Source of the DNA: a virus
IMG/VR virus record: IMGVR_UViG_3300038299_000184
Location: 63,788-127,787 of that record
DNA: 64,000 bases
Reading direction: 5' to 3' (one strand)
Positions 40,704 through 50,423 of the stretch are shown in pieces. Under the pieces are notes generated by a model, which was not told the DNA's origin, did not search any database, and worked only from the letters and a program-made list of their open reading frames with translations. Within the stretch, counting starts at the first letter, position 1; every line of letters starts with the position of its first letter. Position numbers and translations under genes: made by a program.

Positions 40704-41717
40704 TCATCTCCTACGTCTAGCTGTACCATCTTCATTATAACTGATGAAATTGGGTTCACCGTTCTCACGTTTGTAGTTTTTACCCCTTTGTTCATAAGAT
40801 TCAATACTCTTATTACCACTAGGGTAGTACTCTATGTACGAGGGCTTGTCGCCTTCGCGGTGTGCTTGAGCATGTTCGTAGTATTGTTCCATCTTAACTA
40901 CACCACCATCGTAGTACTCTATGTGTGCGGGTTTACCTCCATCGCGATGGAGGTCATTATTGAGGTACCATGACTCTGTTTTGACCTGTCCGTTGGCGTA
41001 ATATTCAATACTTGCAGGTTTATCACCTTCGCGGAATTTAGAGCCATCCTCAAAATAATACTCCTGTTTTACTTTACCATCCTCATAGTACTGTATGCTT
41101 GCAGGTTTATCACCATCGCGGTCTAATTTACCACTATTGTCACGCCACTGTTCACGCCCTTTATTACCATTAGGGAAATATAATATGACGTGCTTACCTT
41201 GGTAATAGTTATTCTCATAGAATTTGTTTCCAGTAACTAACCCATCTATATCATATTCTATCTGTGAGGGTTTACCGCCATCGCGGTGGCGTTCGCCATT
41301 TTTATAGTATTCCTCTACTTGTTTAACACCGCCATCACTGTATGAAATCTTGGCTGGTTTATCACCACCTCGGTGGACTAAACCTTTATTAAAGTATTCC
41401 TCTACAAATAAATTACCTGTTGGGTAGTAGTTCAACTCAGCAGGTTTATCTCCATCGCGGTGCTTCTTACCACCTATATAATACAACTCAAGAGATGGTT
41501 TAAAGCCTTCTGTATGGATCTCAGCGGGTTTATCACCAGCTCGGTGCTTCTCACCATTCTTGGTATGGGTCTCGTATATATCCCCTTCACGGAAACCGTA
41601 CACGTATTTGATTTCCACACCATTGGGTAGTTTCTCCAATGTAGGTTTGTCACCTTCTGGGTCGGCTGTCCTCTTGGATTCCTTACCCTTCTTAAACCAG
41701 ATATACTCAGTAGACAT
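40704..41717 (-). CDS. HRDGDKPA repeat protein, paralogue 11
   Basis: Same leader; about 9 repeats. Confidence 0.85.
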   Translation of the reverse strand: MSTEYIWFKKGKESKRTADPEGDKPTLEKLPNGVEIKYVYGFREGDIYETHTKNGEKHRAGDKPAEIHTEGFKPSLELYYIGGKKHRDGDKPAELNYYPTGNLFVEEYFNKGLVHRGGDKPAKISYSDGGVKQVEEYYKNGERHRDGGKPSQIEYDIDGLVTGNKFYENNYYQGKHVILYFPNGNKGREQWRDNSGKLDRDGDKPASIQYYEDGKVKQEYYFEDGSKFREGDKPASIEYYANGQVKTESWYLNNDLHRDGGKPAHIEYYDGGVVKMEQYYEHAQAHREGDKPSYIEYYPSGNKSIESYEQRGKNYKRENGEPNFISYNEDGTARRRR

Positions 41718-41767
41718 GTATGTAATTAGGTTGACACCCCTAGTTATCCATGTATAGTGACAGGGCT

Positions 41768-42190
41768 ATGAACAAAGAACGTTTACTGAAACTGGCTGAA
41801 TTCCTTGATGGACTAGACGACTCCAAATTCAACTTCGCACATGTTGTTGAAACATATAACCCTTTAAACTGCTGCGGTACAGTATGCTGTGCTATGGGAT
41901 GGACACCAGTGGTGTTCCCAGATATTGTTAAGTGGTGTGGGGGTGATGACGTATATAACCATAATAACATCTGTTTAATCAAGGGGTCGGGGTCACCTTC
42001 TTATGTAGATGTGGCTACACACTTATTCGACATCCCTCGTGAAGATGCAAGTGGTTTATTCACACCAACCCTTCAATATGAAATCATCTGTAGATATGAG
42101 CGCGATCTACCTATTGTTGGTCACGATGCAACACCCGACGAGGTTGCTGACCTTATCCGTAAATACGTCGAACTAATCACAAACCTATGA
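41768..42190 (+). CDS. Hypothetical early protein (CGTVCCAxGW family), copy 2
   Basis: LLKLAEFL...CGTVCCAMGW...DATPDEVADLIRKYVEL. Confidence 0.7.
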   Translation: MNKERLLKLAEFLDGLDDSKFNFAHVVETYNPLNCCGTVCCAMGWTPVVFPDIVKWCGGDDVYNHNNICLIKGSGSPSYVDVATHLFDIPREDASGLFTPTLQYEIICRYERDLPIVGHDATPDEVADLIRKYVELITNL

Positions 42191-42229
42191 GGGCTGTGAA
42201 CAAGAGATTTACTCAAGGTTTAGCCAGTC

Positions 42230-42814
42230 CTAACGCTTCTTACCAACGTAGTCTGATTCTTCACCACTACCCTCGTCACCACCTTCCCAGAACTCTACTG
42301 CATTAATAGTGACACCATCCTTGTCATAGTGTTTTACGGCAGGTTTCTGGCCACTACGGTGCCTCAGACCGTCCTCATACCAAGCCACTCTAGAAAGCAC
42401 ATCCTTGCCCCAGTAGTCTAACATAGCGGGTTTGTCACCATCTCTGTGATGCACGTCATTGATGTACCATGCTTTTTTATAAGCAAAAGGCTCATCATCT
42501 AGGTTCTCTTTATCGTATGATAAATAGGCGGGTTTATCACCTTCGCGGTGTATCTTACCATCCTTATACCAGAACTCGTATTGTAGACCCCCACCACCGA
42601 GAGGGTTATTATATTTAACGGATGCTGGGTTATCATCAAAACTATGTAACCTACCACCCTTATAAGTTGTTATGTACTGAACCTTACCCAAGTGGTATTT
42701 GAACTTCCTCTCGCCACCATTGGGTAGTTTCTCCGAAGAGATAAGTTTACCTTCCTTGTCGGCAGTTCTCTTGGATTCCTTACCATTCTTGAACCATATA
42801 TATTCGTCAGCCAT
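42230..42814 (-). CDS. HRDGDKPA repeat protein, paralogue 12
   Basis: MADEYIWFKNGKES leader; 4 repeats. Confidence 0.85.
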   Translation of the reverse strand: MADEYIWFKNGKESKRTADKEGKLISSEKLPNGGERKFKYHLGKVQYITTYKGGRLHSFDDNPASVKYNNPLGGGGLQYEFWYKDGKIHREGDKPAYLSYDKENLDDEPFAYKKAWYINDVHHRDGDKPAMLDYWGKDVLSRVAWYEDGLRHRSGQKPAVKHYDKDGVTINAVEFWEGGDEGSGEESDYVGKKR

Positions 42815-42864
42815 GTATGTAATTAGGTTGACACCACTGGTAATCCATACTAATATTATACACT

Positions 42865-43188
42865 ATGAATACACCACATTTAAGATTCTACGTTGAAGAG
42901 ATAACCATCGAAACACCTATCTGTCCTACTATGGAAGAGTATGAGATGCACAAGGGATTGGAACCTACCAAGATTATGAGACCATACTCTGAGATTGTAG
43001 CCCAGTGGGAGAAGATGATGGAGGTACACGTCGAGGGTGCCAAGGGTCTGAGTTATGGAAAGATACCGTGTCTCAACTTTGATGACTACATGGAGAAGCG
43101 GGACGAGATCCAGAATAAGAGTAATTTTAAGTACTGGATACCATTGAAAGATGTCGAGTGGGCTGGTGATGAGACATTCGAGCAATAA
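42865..43188 (+). CDS. Hypothetical protein
   Basis: ATG 37 nt after TTGACA at 42828. Confidence 0.55.
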   Translation: MNTPHLRFYVEEITIETPICPTMEEYEMHKGLEPTKIMRPYSEIVAQWEKMMEVHVEGAKGLSYGKIPCLNFDDYMEKRDEIQNKSNFKYWIPLKDVEWAGDETFEQ

Positions 43189-43843
43189 TATTATGGATAA
43201 CAAAGAATTATTTGAATCGGTGTGGCGAGACGTGCAACGCACCGTGGGGTACAACGAGTCAGACAACAGGGCTGAACTGAAGAAAGGGGTACAGCTTGCT
43301 ATCGATAAAGCTTACCCACATTTCAAGCAGATCAAGGGTACCTGTACACACATTAAGGATCAGAACACCACTCTTAGGAAAGACCTAACCACGATCTCTG
43401 ACACTATTCTCAAATATAGTAGTTTTGATGATTGACACATTACTATAATAATGTAATAACCAATTATGACACACACCGAACAACGCCAAGCAATCCGAAA
43501 CAAATGTTTAAACTCAATCGCCAAGGTTGTCAGTGGTAGTTATAGAGGACATTTAGATATCTATGACGAACGTGGATTTGGGGAGCAGTCATATGGTTAT
43601 ATCTCTGAACTTGTGGATAGTATGAATTTTGAGCTGAAGGAACTCAAAAACAAGCTCGACACACCACCTAATAAACAGTAACGTACCGACCTATGACAAA
43701 ACTAACATTAAGCACTGTATTCATCACAGTATCAGTAGTCAATGCCCTATTCGCGGTGACTGACCTAAACGGTTCAGCGTTCTGTGGCTGGACTTCTGCT
43801 ATTATTATGGCGGTCACACAACGTAAACACCTCAAGTAAACAT

Positions 43844-44389
43844 ATGCAAACAGAACATGTAAACGATGTCTCAATAGCTGAGACCTTCGATAGACCAGTA
43901 GTGCCCGTTATGAATGAGGGTATGTTAGTGAAGGCTAAATTCAAAGAGGGTACACGTATGTGTATGACTGGCTGGATGTTACACATCTTCCTAGACTCTG
44001 AAAACCCCTACGTGGATGCCTATAAGCAATTCCGTTGTAAGATGATGGACATCATGTACTCAGAGTTTTCTGATGACCATGCCAACACACCAACACAGCG
44101 AGCCAAGTTGTGGAACATGACGGCTGAAGCTTTAGGATACCAACCCATTAGAAAACTAGTCTACGAATACACCACTGGTGGTTACTACAGGTGGTGTGGA
44201 GAGAGTCGATATGGTGGTGTCAAGCACATCACTAAAAATATTCACGATGCTGATGACCACTCGGAGTATGCAGTTCCCGAGGAACCACGGGCAGCTCATA
44301 CTTCTGGCAAATTCGTGTGGTACACTGTCAGTTACGATAAAGACAGGGACTTCGTAAAGGGTGAGAATGATGTTGACACCACTGAATAA
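43844..44389 (+). CDS. Hypothetical protein
   Basis: ORF; start MQTEH. Confidence 0.5.
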   Translation: MQTEHVNDVSIAETFDRPVVPVMNEGMLVKAKFKEGTRMCMTGWMLHIFLDSENPYVDAYKQFRCKMMDIMYSEFSDDHANTPTQRAKLWNMTAEALGYQPIRKLVYEYTTGGYYRWCGESRYGGVKHITKNIHDADDHSEYAVPEEPRAAHTSGKFVWYTVSYDKDRDFVKGENDVDTTE

Positions 44390-44406
44390 CCACACTAATT
44401 TAGTAC

Positions 44407-44697
44407 ATGGGTAAGTTTAAAGATACTATAAATGTAATCAACAACCAGCTACAGGAATCATACAACCTAGGCAATGGGCTTAATGCTAACGACTGGGTAA
44501 CCATTGCTGCTGAATATGGCACTGATGCTGATGAATCAGATTATGTTAGTGCTGAATATACTGGTGAATTTAGGACACCTAATATTGGTGAATGGTATAT
44601 GAATGGTACTGGTGACCAGAGAGTTGCTGTACGATGTGAGAATGGTGTACGTGGTAAAATGAACATTGTCAAGCTCACATACCGAACGGATACTTAA
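44407..44697 (+). CDS. Tag-B protein (MGKFKDTINVINNQLQES)
   Basis: Leader; TAATTT-N5-ATG, also 34 nt after TTGACA. Confidence 0.6.
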   Translation: MGKFKDTINVINNQLQESYNLGNGLNANDWVTIAAEYGTDADESDYVSAEYTGEFRTPNIGEWYMNGTGDQRVAVRCENGVRGKMNIVKLTYRTDT

Positions 44698-44711
44698 CCA
44701 TTTACAACTTT

Positions 44712-44745
44712 AAAGCACCACTTATTAATTTAAGTGGTGCTTTTT
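44712..44745 (+). terminator. Terminator fused to early promoter (duplicate of 50126)
   Basis: AAAGCACCACTTA-TTAATT-TAAGTGGTGCTTTTT then ATTTGACA. Confidence 0.8.
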
Positions 44746-44781
44746 ATTTGACACCACTTGGTAAATATGTATAATACGATC

Positions 44782-45075
44782 ATGTCCAATAACAATACAC
44801 ACGATACAGTTAAGCAGCTCCTCACATCATTCCCGCATCTTGCTGATGATGACAACAAATTGGTAACTGTCTTCTGGATCAAACAGTTGAAATCTAAGGG
44901 GTTTAAGGTTGACGAAAGTTCAGCTACTGAACTCTTGAGCTTGTTCTCAAGAGGTAGTCTAACCAAACCCGATCAAATCACTCGTGCTCGACGCAAGGTC
45001 GAAGAGCACAACCCAGAACTCCGTGGTAAAACATGGGATGTACGTCAAGGGCTGGGTAAAGCATTCACCGCCTAG
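44782..45075 (+). CDS. Conserved-type small phage protein
   Basis: ITRARRKVEE..PELRG pattern; promoter TTGACA(44748)-N16-TATAAT. Confidence 0.6.
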   Translation: MSNNNTHDTVKQLLTSFPHLADDDNKLVTVFWIKQLKSKGFKVDESSATELLSLFSRGSLTKPDQITRARRKVEEHNPELRGKTWDVRQGLGKAFTA

Positions 45076-46012
45076 ACATACACCGATGGAGAAATTTATA
45101 GTAGATATTCAATATTCTGATGGGTGTACGTATTGCTTCACCGAGTCACTACCTCTTAGGGCTACCAACCTTGATGAAGCTGAGTCCATTGTACTCAGCG
45201 AGGTTACCAAGGGGGTTGATGACGAAAATCTATACCCAAGCATCCATGATGTCCGTGGTGTAGACATCGATGACATCACCGTCACACCTATTGAGAAATG
45301 GTTTGAGGGTTCATGAGTATCACTAGTATATTAATTCTACTATTCTTACCCAACATCATTGTATCACTAGTACTAATAATATTAGCGATTATGTGGTGTG
45401 TGGGTATCATTTAACAAACTATGGAAACATTTTACACAACAACAGGCTACGATTTCTCAGCAGGTCACTACCTCTGGGATCGAGTACCTCATGGCAAGGT
45501 TGAAAAATTCGTCAGAAAAGACGGGTTGGTTCTCTCATAAGATTATCCCTGCACAATATTTCACAGAAACCGAACAACTATAATGACAAAAATTGAAGAA
45601 GTAAAGAATGCGGTTAACCGCACATTGGACACATGGAGTGGTGGTACAGGTACAGTAGGTACCTTGGACAATGGAAGAAATCATGTGTACTATAACGCAT
45701 GGGTCGGCAAAATGGGTACTGGTACGTTAGACCTAACCACTAACAAAGAGTGTATCCTAGAGCATGGATGACCTGCGTTTGTAATCCCAACAGTTGTTGG
45801 GGGATTTGACACCACTAAAAATGTAATATACCTTATACAATCTCGCATCCAAAAGCTTTGGGCGAATACGGAGTATTGTGAAGCCAATAGTCGCTATTCT
45901 AACAACTATTTCAATAGACTTATGGATCATAAAGGTCGCGAACAATTGAAAGCGTTTTTCAATTCACTAGTTGACGAACAGTGGGAATGGATTGTGAGAG
46001 AGACAGATTAGC

Positions 46013-47839
46013 ATGGCAAACACAATACAATATGATATAAATGCCTCTACCGCTAGTGGGTATTACCTTAAAGGTCACTCTACAGCTAGTGGTGAATACT
46101 CTACAGCTAGTGGTATGTATTCTGCCCACAATTATAATGGTGGTGTAAGCGGGTTGTCACCAGACTCAGCACCACCCGTAAGTGGGTTTGGTGTGTTACC
46201 AACAGACTCGGGACTCCTAATGGATGTCGAGGAGGATCTCAAGGTTCTGGTACGAGTTGCCGATAGAATGAACCTAACCCAAATCCAATTTGCTGCTGTG
46301 GATATAGAGGTTACTAGTATGAAAGCCGAGATAGATGCTATTCGACTTATCAGTGATCGTGACACCCGTACAAATCTATGTGAAGGAGTGTATGAGCGAC
46401 TACGTCGAGCAGAGGAATCTATTGGTCGTCTAAAGGTGTCTGAACACCACGGTATGAATTCAACCTATCAAGATATCGATAAGGAGAATGATATTTTGAT
46501 CAGTACTATTGGTGATATCAGTAGTGATAAGGATATCACAATTCCCAACCTTGCACTTGATATGGATTTCAAAGACGAGGTACTGAACATACGATTTTCT
46601 AATAATGCAGGTTTGCAGTACATGAACATGGTTAAGGATCTTGAGTCTGTACCAGAGCCTGTACCAGAGCCTGTAATCGAATCAAACGTAGGGTATGACC
46701 ATCTTAGACCTAGTACGGTGGATGAACTACTCGAAGGTGACATTTTAGCAGGGGATTCATCGGTACCCTCTTCCAACCTAGATTTCGACGGCATCGATGA
46801 TGACGTTAAAGATCTAAACGAAACCCCTCCTATAACCACTGAGGTTGTAGAAGAGGAACCACCTGTTACAGAGCATACAGAATATAAATCAGTTGGGGAT
46901 ATCATTGAAGCTTTCGAGGCACAGGATGACGAAGATGTTGTTTGTATCGGTGTAGGGGGTGATGGTAAAGTATACAGATTTGAGGGATTCGCCATAAAGG
47001 TGTACAACGAAGTCAACGTCCACGGGTTAGAGGTTTATGAACTTCTCGGATCTGCCACCAATACTAACGTAATCGAATCTAAGCACCACACCAAGAATGA
47101 TGTAACTTATGAGGTTATGGATTTCTACCCACTTGGTAGCCTTGGCGATAACGTAGATTTCTTCAAGGGTAAATTTGACCTACAGAAGGAACTATTCGAC
47201 CAACTACTTGATGGTATCGAATTCCTACACGGTAAGAACATTCAACACCGCGACCTCAAGACTGGTAACGTATTAGTGGAGTCACTAGAACCCCTACAAA
47301 TCAAGGTGTGTGACTTCGGGCGTTCTCGTGCCAATGCTAACAGCATGTCCATCACACAGTCCGTTGGTACATTTAAGTTCATGGCACCAGAAGCTCTTGC
47401 TGGAATGCCGACATCTAGTTCAGATCTATTCTCTCTTGGTATGATCATGGCAGTTATAGGTTCTGGGGGTGACCCGTTCACTAACAGTGGGCACCTCATC
47501 GATAACGAACTTGACTGGTCTAAAATCAACGTGGATGTACCTATGAAGAGCCTTATCAAAGGACTAACCATCAAAGATCAATACAAACGTGGTGTGTCAG
47601 CTTTCAAAGAAGGTTGGGTCACTAGACTTAATGCTTGGATTGAGAGCTGGTTTGAGGATACTAGAAGGACTAAGCCAACATTCACTGATAGGGTGTTGGT
47701 AAGTGGCTCCAAACTAATACCCCCACATGGTGCGCCGCCTAGACAACAAACTATATCAGATGTTATGGATTTCAGTTCGATTACTGGCAGGCATAATAGA
47801 GCGGAAGCACCACATAAACCAACCTTCTTTGAGTATTGA
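46013..47839 (+). CDS. Hanks-type Ser/Thr protein kinase with long N-terminal extension
   Basis: GVGGDGKVY, AIK, HRDLKTGN, DFG, GTFKFMAPE, SDLFSLG. Confidence 0.92.
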   Translation: MANTIQYDINASTASGYYLKGHSTASGEYSTASGMYSAHNYNGGVSGLSPDSAPPVSGFGVLPTDSGLLMDVEEDLKVLVRVADRMNLTQIQFAAVDIEVTSMKAEIDAIRLISDRDTRTNLCEGVYERLRRAEESIGRLKVSEHHGMNSTYQDIDKENDILISTIGDISSDKDITIPNLALDMDFKDEVLNIRFSNNAGLQYMNMVKDLESVPEPVPEPVIESNVGYDHLRPSTVDELLEGDILAGDSSVPSSNLDFDGIDDDVKDLNETPPITTEVVEEEPPVTEHTEYKSVGDIIEAFEAQDDEDVVCIGVGGDGKVYRFEGFAIKVYNEVNVHGLEVYELLGSATNTNVIESKHHTKNDVTYEVMDFYPLGSLGDNVDFFKGKFDLQKELFDQLLDGIEFLHGKNIQHRDLKTGNVLVESLEPLQIKVCDFGRSRANANSMSITQSVGTFKFMAPEALAGMPTSSSDLFSLGMIMAVIGSGGDPFTNSGHLIDNELDWSKINVDVPMKSLIKGLTIKDQYKRGVSAFKEGWVTRLNAWIESWFEDTRRTKPTFTDRVLVSGSKLIPPHGAPPRQQTISDVMDFSSITGRHNRAEAPHKPTFFEY

Positions 47840-47888
47840 CAATTTATGTAGAAGCGGTATAATATAATCCCATATAATATAAACAGTA

Positions 47889-49148
47889 ATGCCTAAATCT
47901 AAAACAGCTCGACTAATATACGTTGACCCAATCAATAACAACAACAAGTTCTACAACCTCGATCTCTTTGATGATGGTCGCCTTGAAATCAACTGGGGGC
48001 GTGTAGGTGCCAATGGTCAGTTCCAGACCACTCATGGTGGTGAACGAACATTCAACTCCAAGATTAAATCGAAGGAGAAGAAGGGTTACGTGGTACAGAA
48101 AACTGTACAGACTGACACCATTGTTGATGTACCTACAGGTGATCTAACAAACCTAGCCAAGAACCAGATCAAGACAGACTCCACACTAGCGGAGACTCTT
48201 ATCGAACGTCTTGTCAAGGCTAACATCCACCAGATCACATCCAACACCCAGATCAAGTATGATTCTAAAAGTGGTGTATTCCAAACACCACTTGGTGTTG
48301 TCACTCTGGAAGGTATCGGAGAAGCTAAGGAGCTTCTTGAGAAGATGTCTAACCTCAAGGATAAAACTTGTGATACGTTCTACAAACATGCTGGTAACTA
48401 CCTTAAGATCATCCCCCAGAAGGTCGGTAGTAAGGTCAAGACATTCATCGATAACAACTTCGCTGAGGCTGATAAGATGACTTCACAGTTTGACCTACTC
48501 GAATCTCTTGAGGTTAGTTTCAATACTATCACCAATCTCACTGCTGAACCTACTGACACCACTGAAGATGTGGTTGAAGAGCAGGTATTTGACTTGAGTA
48601 TTGAGATTCTAGAAGATAAGGTTGAGCACAAGCGACTCTCTGACAACTTCTACAATTCTAAGAAGGGTATGCACAACTACGGTAACGTGAAGATCAAGAA
48701 CATCTATAAGGTGAAGCTCGGTGACATGGATCGTGATTTTGATAACAAGAATTGGGGTAATATCCAAGAGTTCTATCACGGAACTGGTATCGCTAACTGT
48801 CTAAGTATCATGAAGGCAGGGCTTAAGGTGGCACCACCATCCACGGCTGCTATTGCGGGGAAATTATTTTCAAACGGGGTCTACGGAGCCACCAGTTCAT
48901 CCAAGAGTCTCGGGTACTCACTAGGGCGTTGGGGTCAAGGACGATCCAATGATGGAGCTTGGTTATTCGTATGTGACTTCGCTATGGGTAATACAGAGAT
49001 GGTTACATCATGCTGGGGTACTTACCCTAATAAGGGATATGACAGTGTTACTGCACTTGCAAAGAATACAAGTCTTTACAACGATGAATTCATCGTGTAT
49101 ACTAATCAACAGGTGAACATCAAGTATCTAATTGAGTGTTCTACTTAA
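47889..49148 (+). CDS. WGR-domain poly(ADP-ribose) polymerase-like protein
   Basis: NNNKFY...WGRVG (WGR); YLKIIP regulatory-like segment; FYHGT, GKLFSNGVY, SSKSLGY, NDEFIVY (H-Y-E triad). Confidence 0.9.
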   Translation: MPKSKTARLIYVDPINNNNKFYNLDLFDDGRLEINWGRVGANGQFQTTHGGERTFNSKIKSKEKKGYVVQKTVQTDTIVDVPTGDLTNLAKNQIKTDSTLAETLIERLVKANIHQITSNTQIKYDSKSGVFQTPLGVVTLEGIGEAKELLEKMSNLKDKTCDTFYKHAGNYLKIIPQKVGSKVKTFIDNNFAEADKMTSQFDLLESLEVSFNTITNLTAEPTDTTEDVVEEQVFDLSIEILEDKVEHKRLSDNFYNSKKGMHNYGNVKIKNIYKVKLGDMDRDFDNKNWGNIQEFYHGTGIANCLSIMKAGLKVAPPSTAAIAGKLFSNGVYGATSSSKSLGYSLGRWGQGRSNDGAWLFVCDFAMGNTEMVTSCWGTYPNKGYDSVTALAKNTSLYNDEFIVYTNQQVNIKYLIECST

Positions 49149-49198
49149 ACAATTTATCCCGCTAACAGGGATCAAAACAAAACAAAACAATAAATATA

Positions 49199-49699
49199 AT
49201 GAAAGTAATTGAATTAACACTGCGTGAAGCAGTAGAAGGTGTGGTAGGTTTTTTCGCAACCAATGAAGGGGAGTTCAGTATCTGGACGGTTATCAACTGT
49301 ATCCGTAAGGATGTAGCGGCTGGTAAGTACACTCTGGTGGTTAAGCCAGAAGTTGACTTCAACGGTATCATCACTAGTGCTAAAGGTCTTAATGTTGAAG
49401 CTCTTCTTGAGTCTCTTGAGTCTGGTCGATACGACACAGTTGAAGTCGAGTCCTATGACTTGGATGCTCTGAGTGCTGATGTTCGGGCTACACTCCCATC
49501 AGTCCTTGAGGGTGGTTCGGTTTGGGATGTTGAATTCGTTAGCCGCTTCGAGACACTAGGTAATGACACATTCCGAGTGTACTTCGGTAAAGTTGTCGAA
49601 CCTGTTGTGACTGAAGCGTGTTGTGAGGATTTAACAGAGTGTTGTGAAGGTGTCGATGACCGCTGTGAGCGCGGTTGTTGCCTTGAAGATAGTCTTTAA
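49199..49699 (+). CDS. Acidic hypothetical protein with Cys-Cys-rich tail
   Basis: ACCEDLTECCEG...GCCL. Confidence 0.55.
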   Translation: MKVIELTLREAVEGVVGFFATNEGEFSIWTVINCIRKDVAAGKYTLVVKPEVDFNGIITSAKGLNVEALLESLESGRYDTVEVESYDLDALSADVRATLPSVLEGGSVWDVEFVSRFETLGNDTFRVYFGKVVEPVVTEACCEDLTECCEGVDDRCERGCCLEDSL

Positions 49700-49709
49700 T
49701 CCTACCACT

Positions 49710-50114
49710 ATGTCTAATTTAGCAAAACTAAATGATATAATCCTTGACGGGTTCGGACAAACTGCTGGTGAGGGGTTTGACTTCTGTGACTTGTTAGGTG
49801 AACCTATTCAGACTCGTTGGGGTCTGTGGTCTGCCACTATGATTAACCAATCTACTGTATGTATCCGAATTGTGTTGACATGTGGTATAGTTGTTGAATT
49901 ACTATTCAAAGGTTGGGGGGACCACTACGATGTGTGTGCCACAGTTAATGATCACCCCCTTAAACTTGAGGGTGGTGTTGAACAAGGTATTATGGATACA
50001 TTCCTAGAGTTCACTAACACCTCTAATGAAACAATGGCTAATAGTAAACCACAATTGTCGGAAGGTTTGGCATCGTTCATGGTTATAAATCACTATCAAG
50101 TAGTAATAGACTAA
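49710..50114 (+). CDS. Hypothetical protein
   Basis: ORF before terminator. Confidence 0.5.
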   Translation: MSNLAKLNDIILDGFGQTAGEGFDFCDLLGEPIQTRWGLWSATMINQSTVCIRIVLTCGIVVELLFKGWGDHYDVCATVNDHPLKLEGGVEQGIMDTFLEFTNTSNETMANSKPQLSEGLASFMVINHYQVVID

Positions 50115-50125
50115 TAAACCTACTC

Positions 50126-50158
50126 AAAACACCACTTATTAATTTAAGTGGTGTTTTT
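50126..50158 (+). terminator. Terminator fused to early promoter
   Basis: AAAACACCACTTA-TTAATT-TAAGTGGTGTTTTT then ATTTGACA. Confidence 0.8.
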
Positions 50159-50423
50159 ATTTGACACTTGCCGAGTGTTAGGTATAACCAGTGCATGGAT
50201 AACCCATTCGATTACACGCACAACCTCATTACATATTGTAATAGTGAACACCAATACTATAAAGATTGGCATGAGCCACAGTTCGCTGACGGGTACGGAC
50301 AATTCGGTAGATATTCCCTTTGGAATGCTGGTTTGAACCAATCATTCAAGAATCAATCCCCTAACCGTGTTGCGAAGCGCAGAGCTAAGAAGAAACTCGG
50401 TAACCAATCAAGAAAGAAAAACT

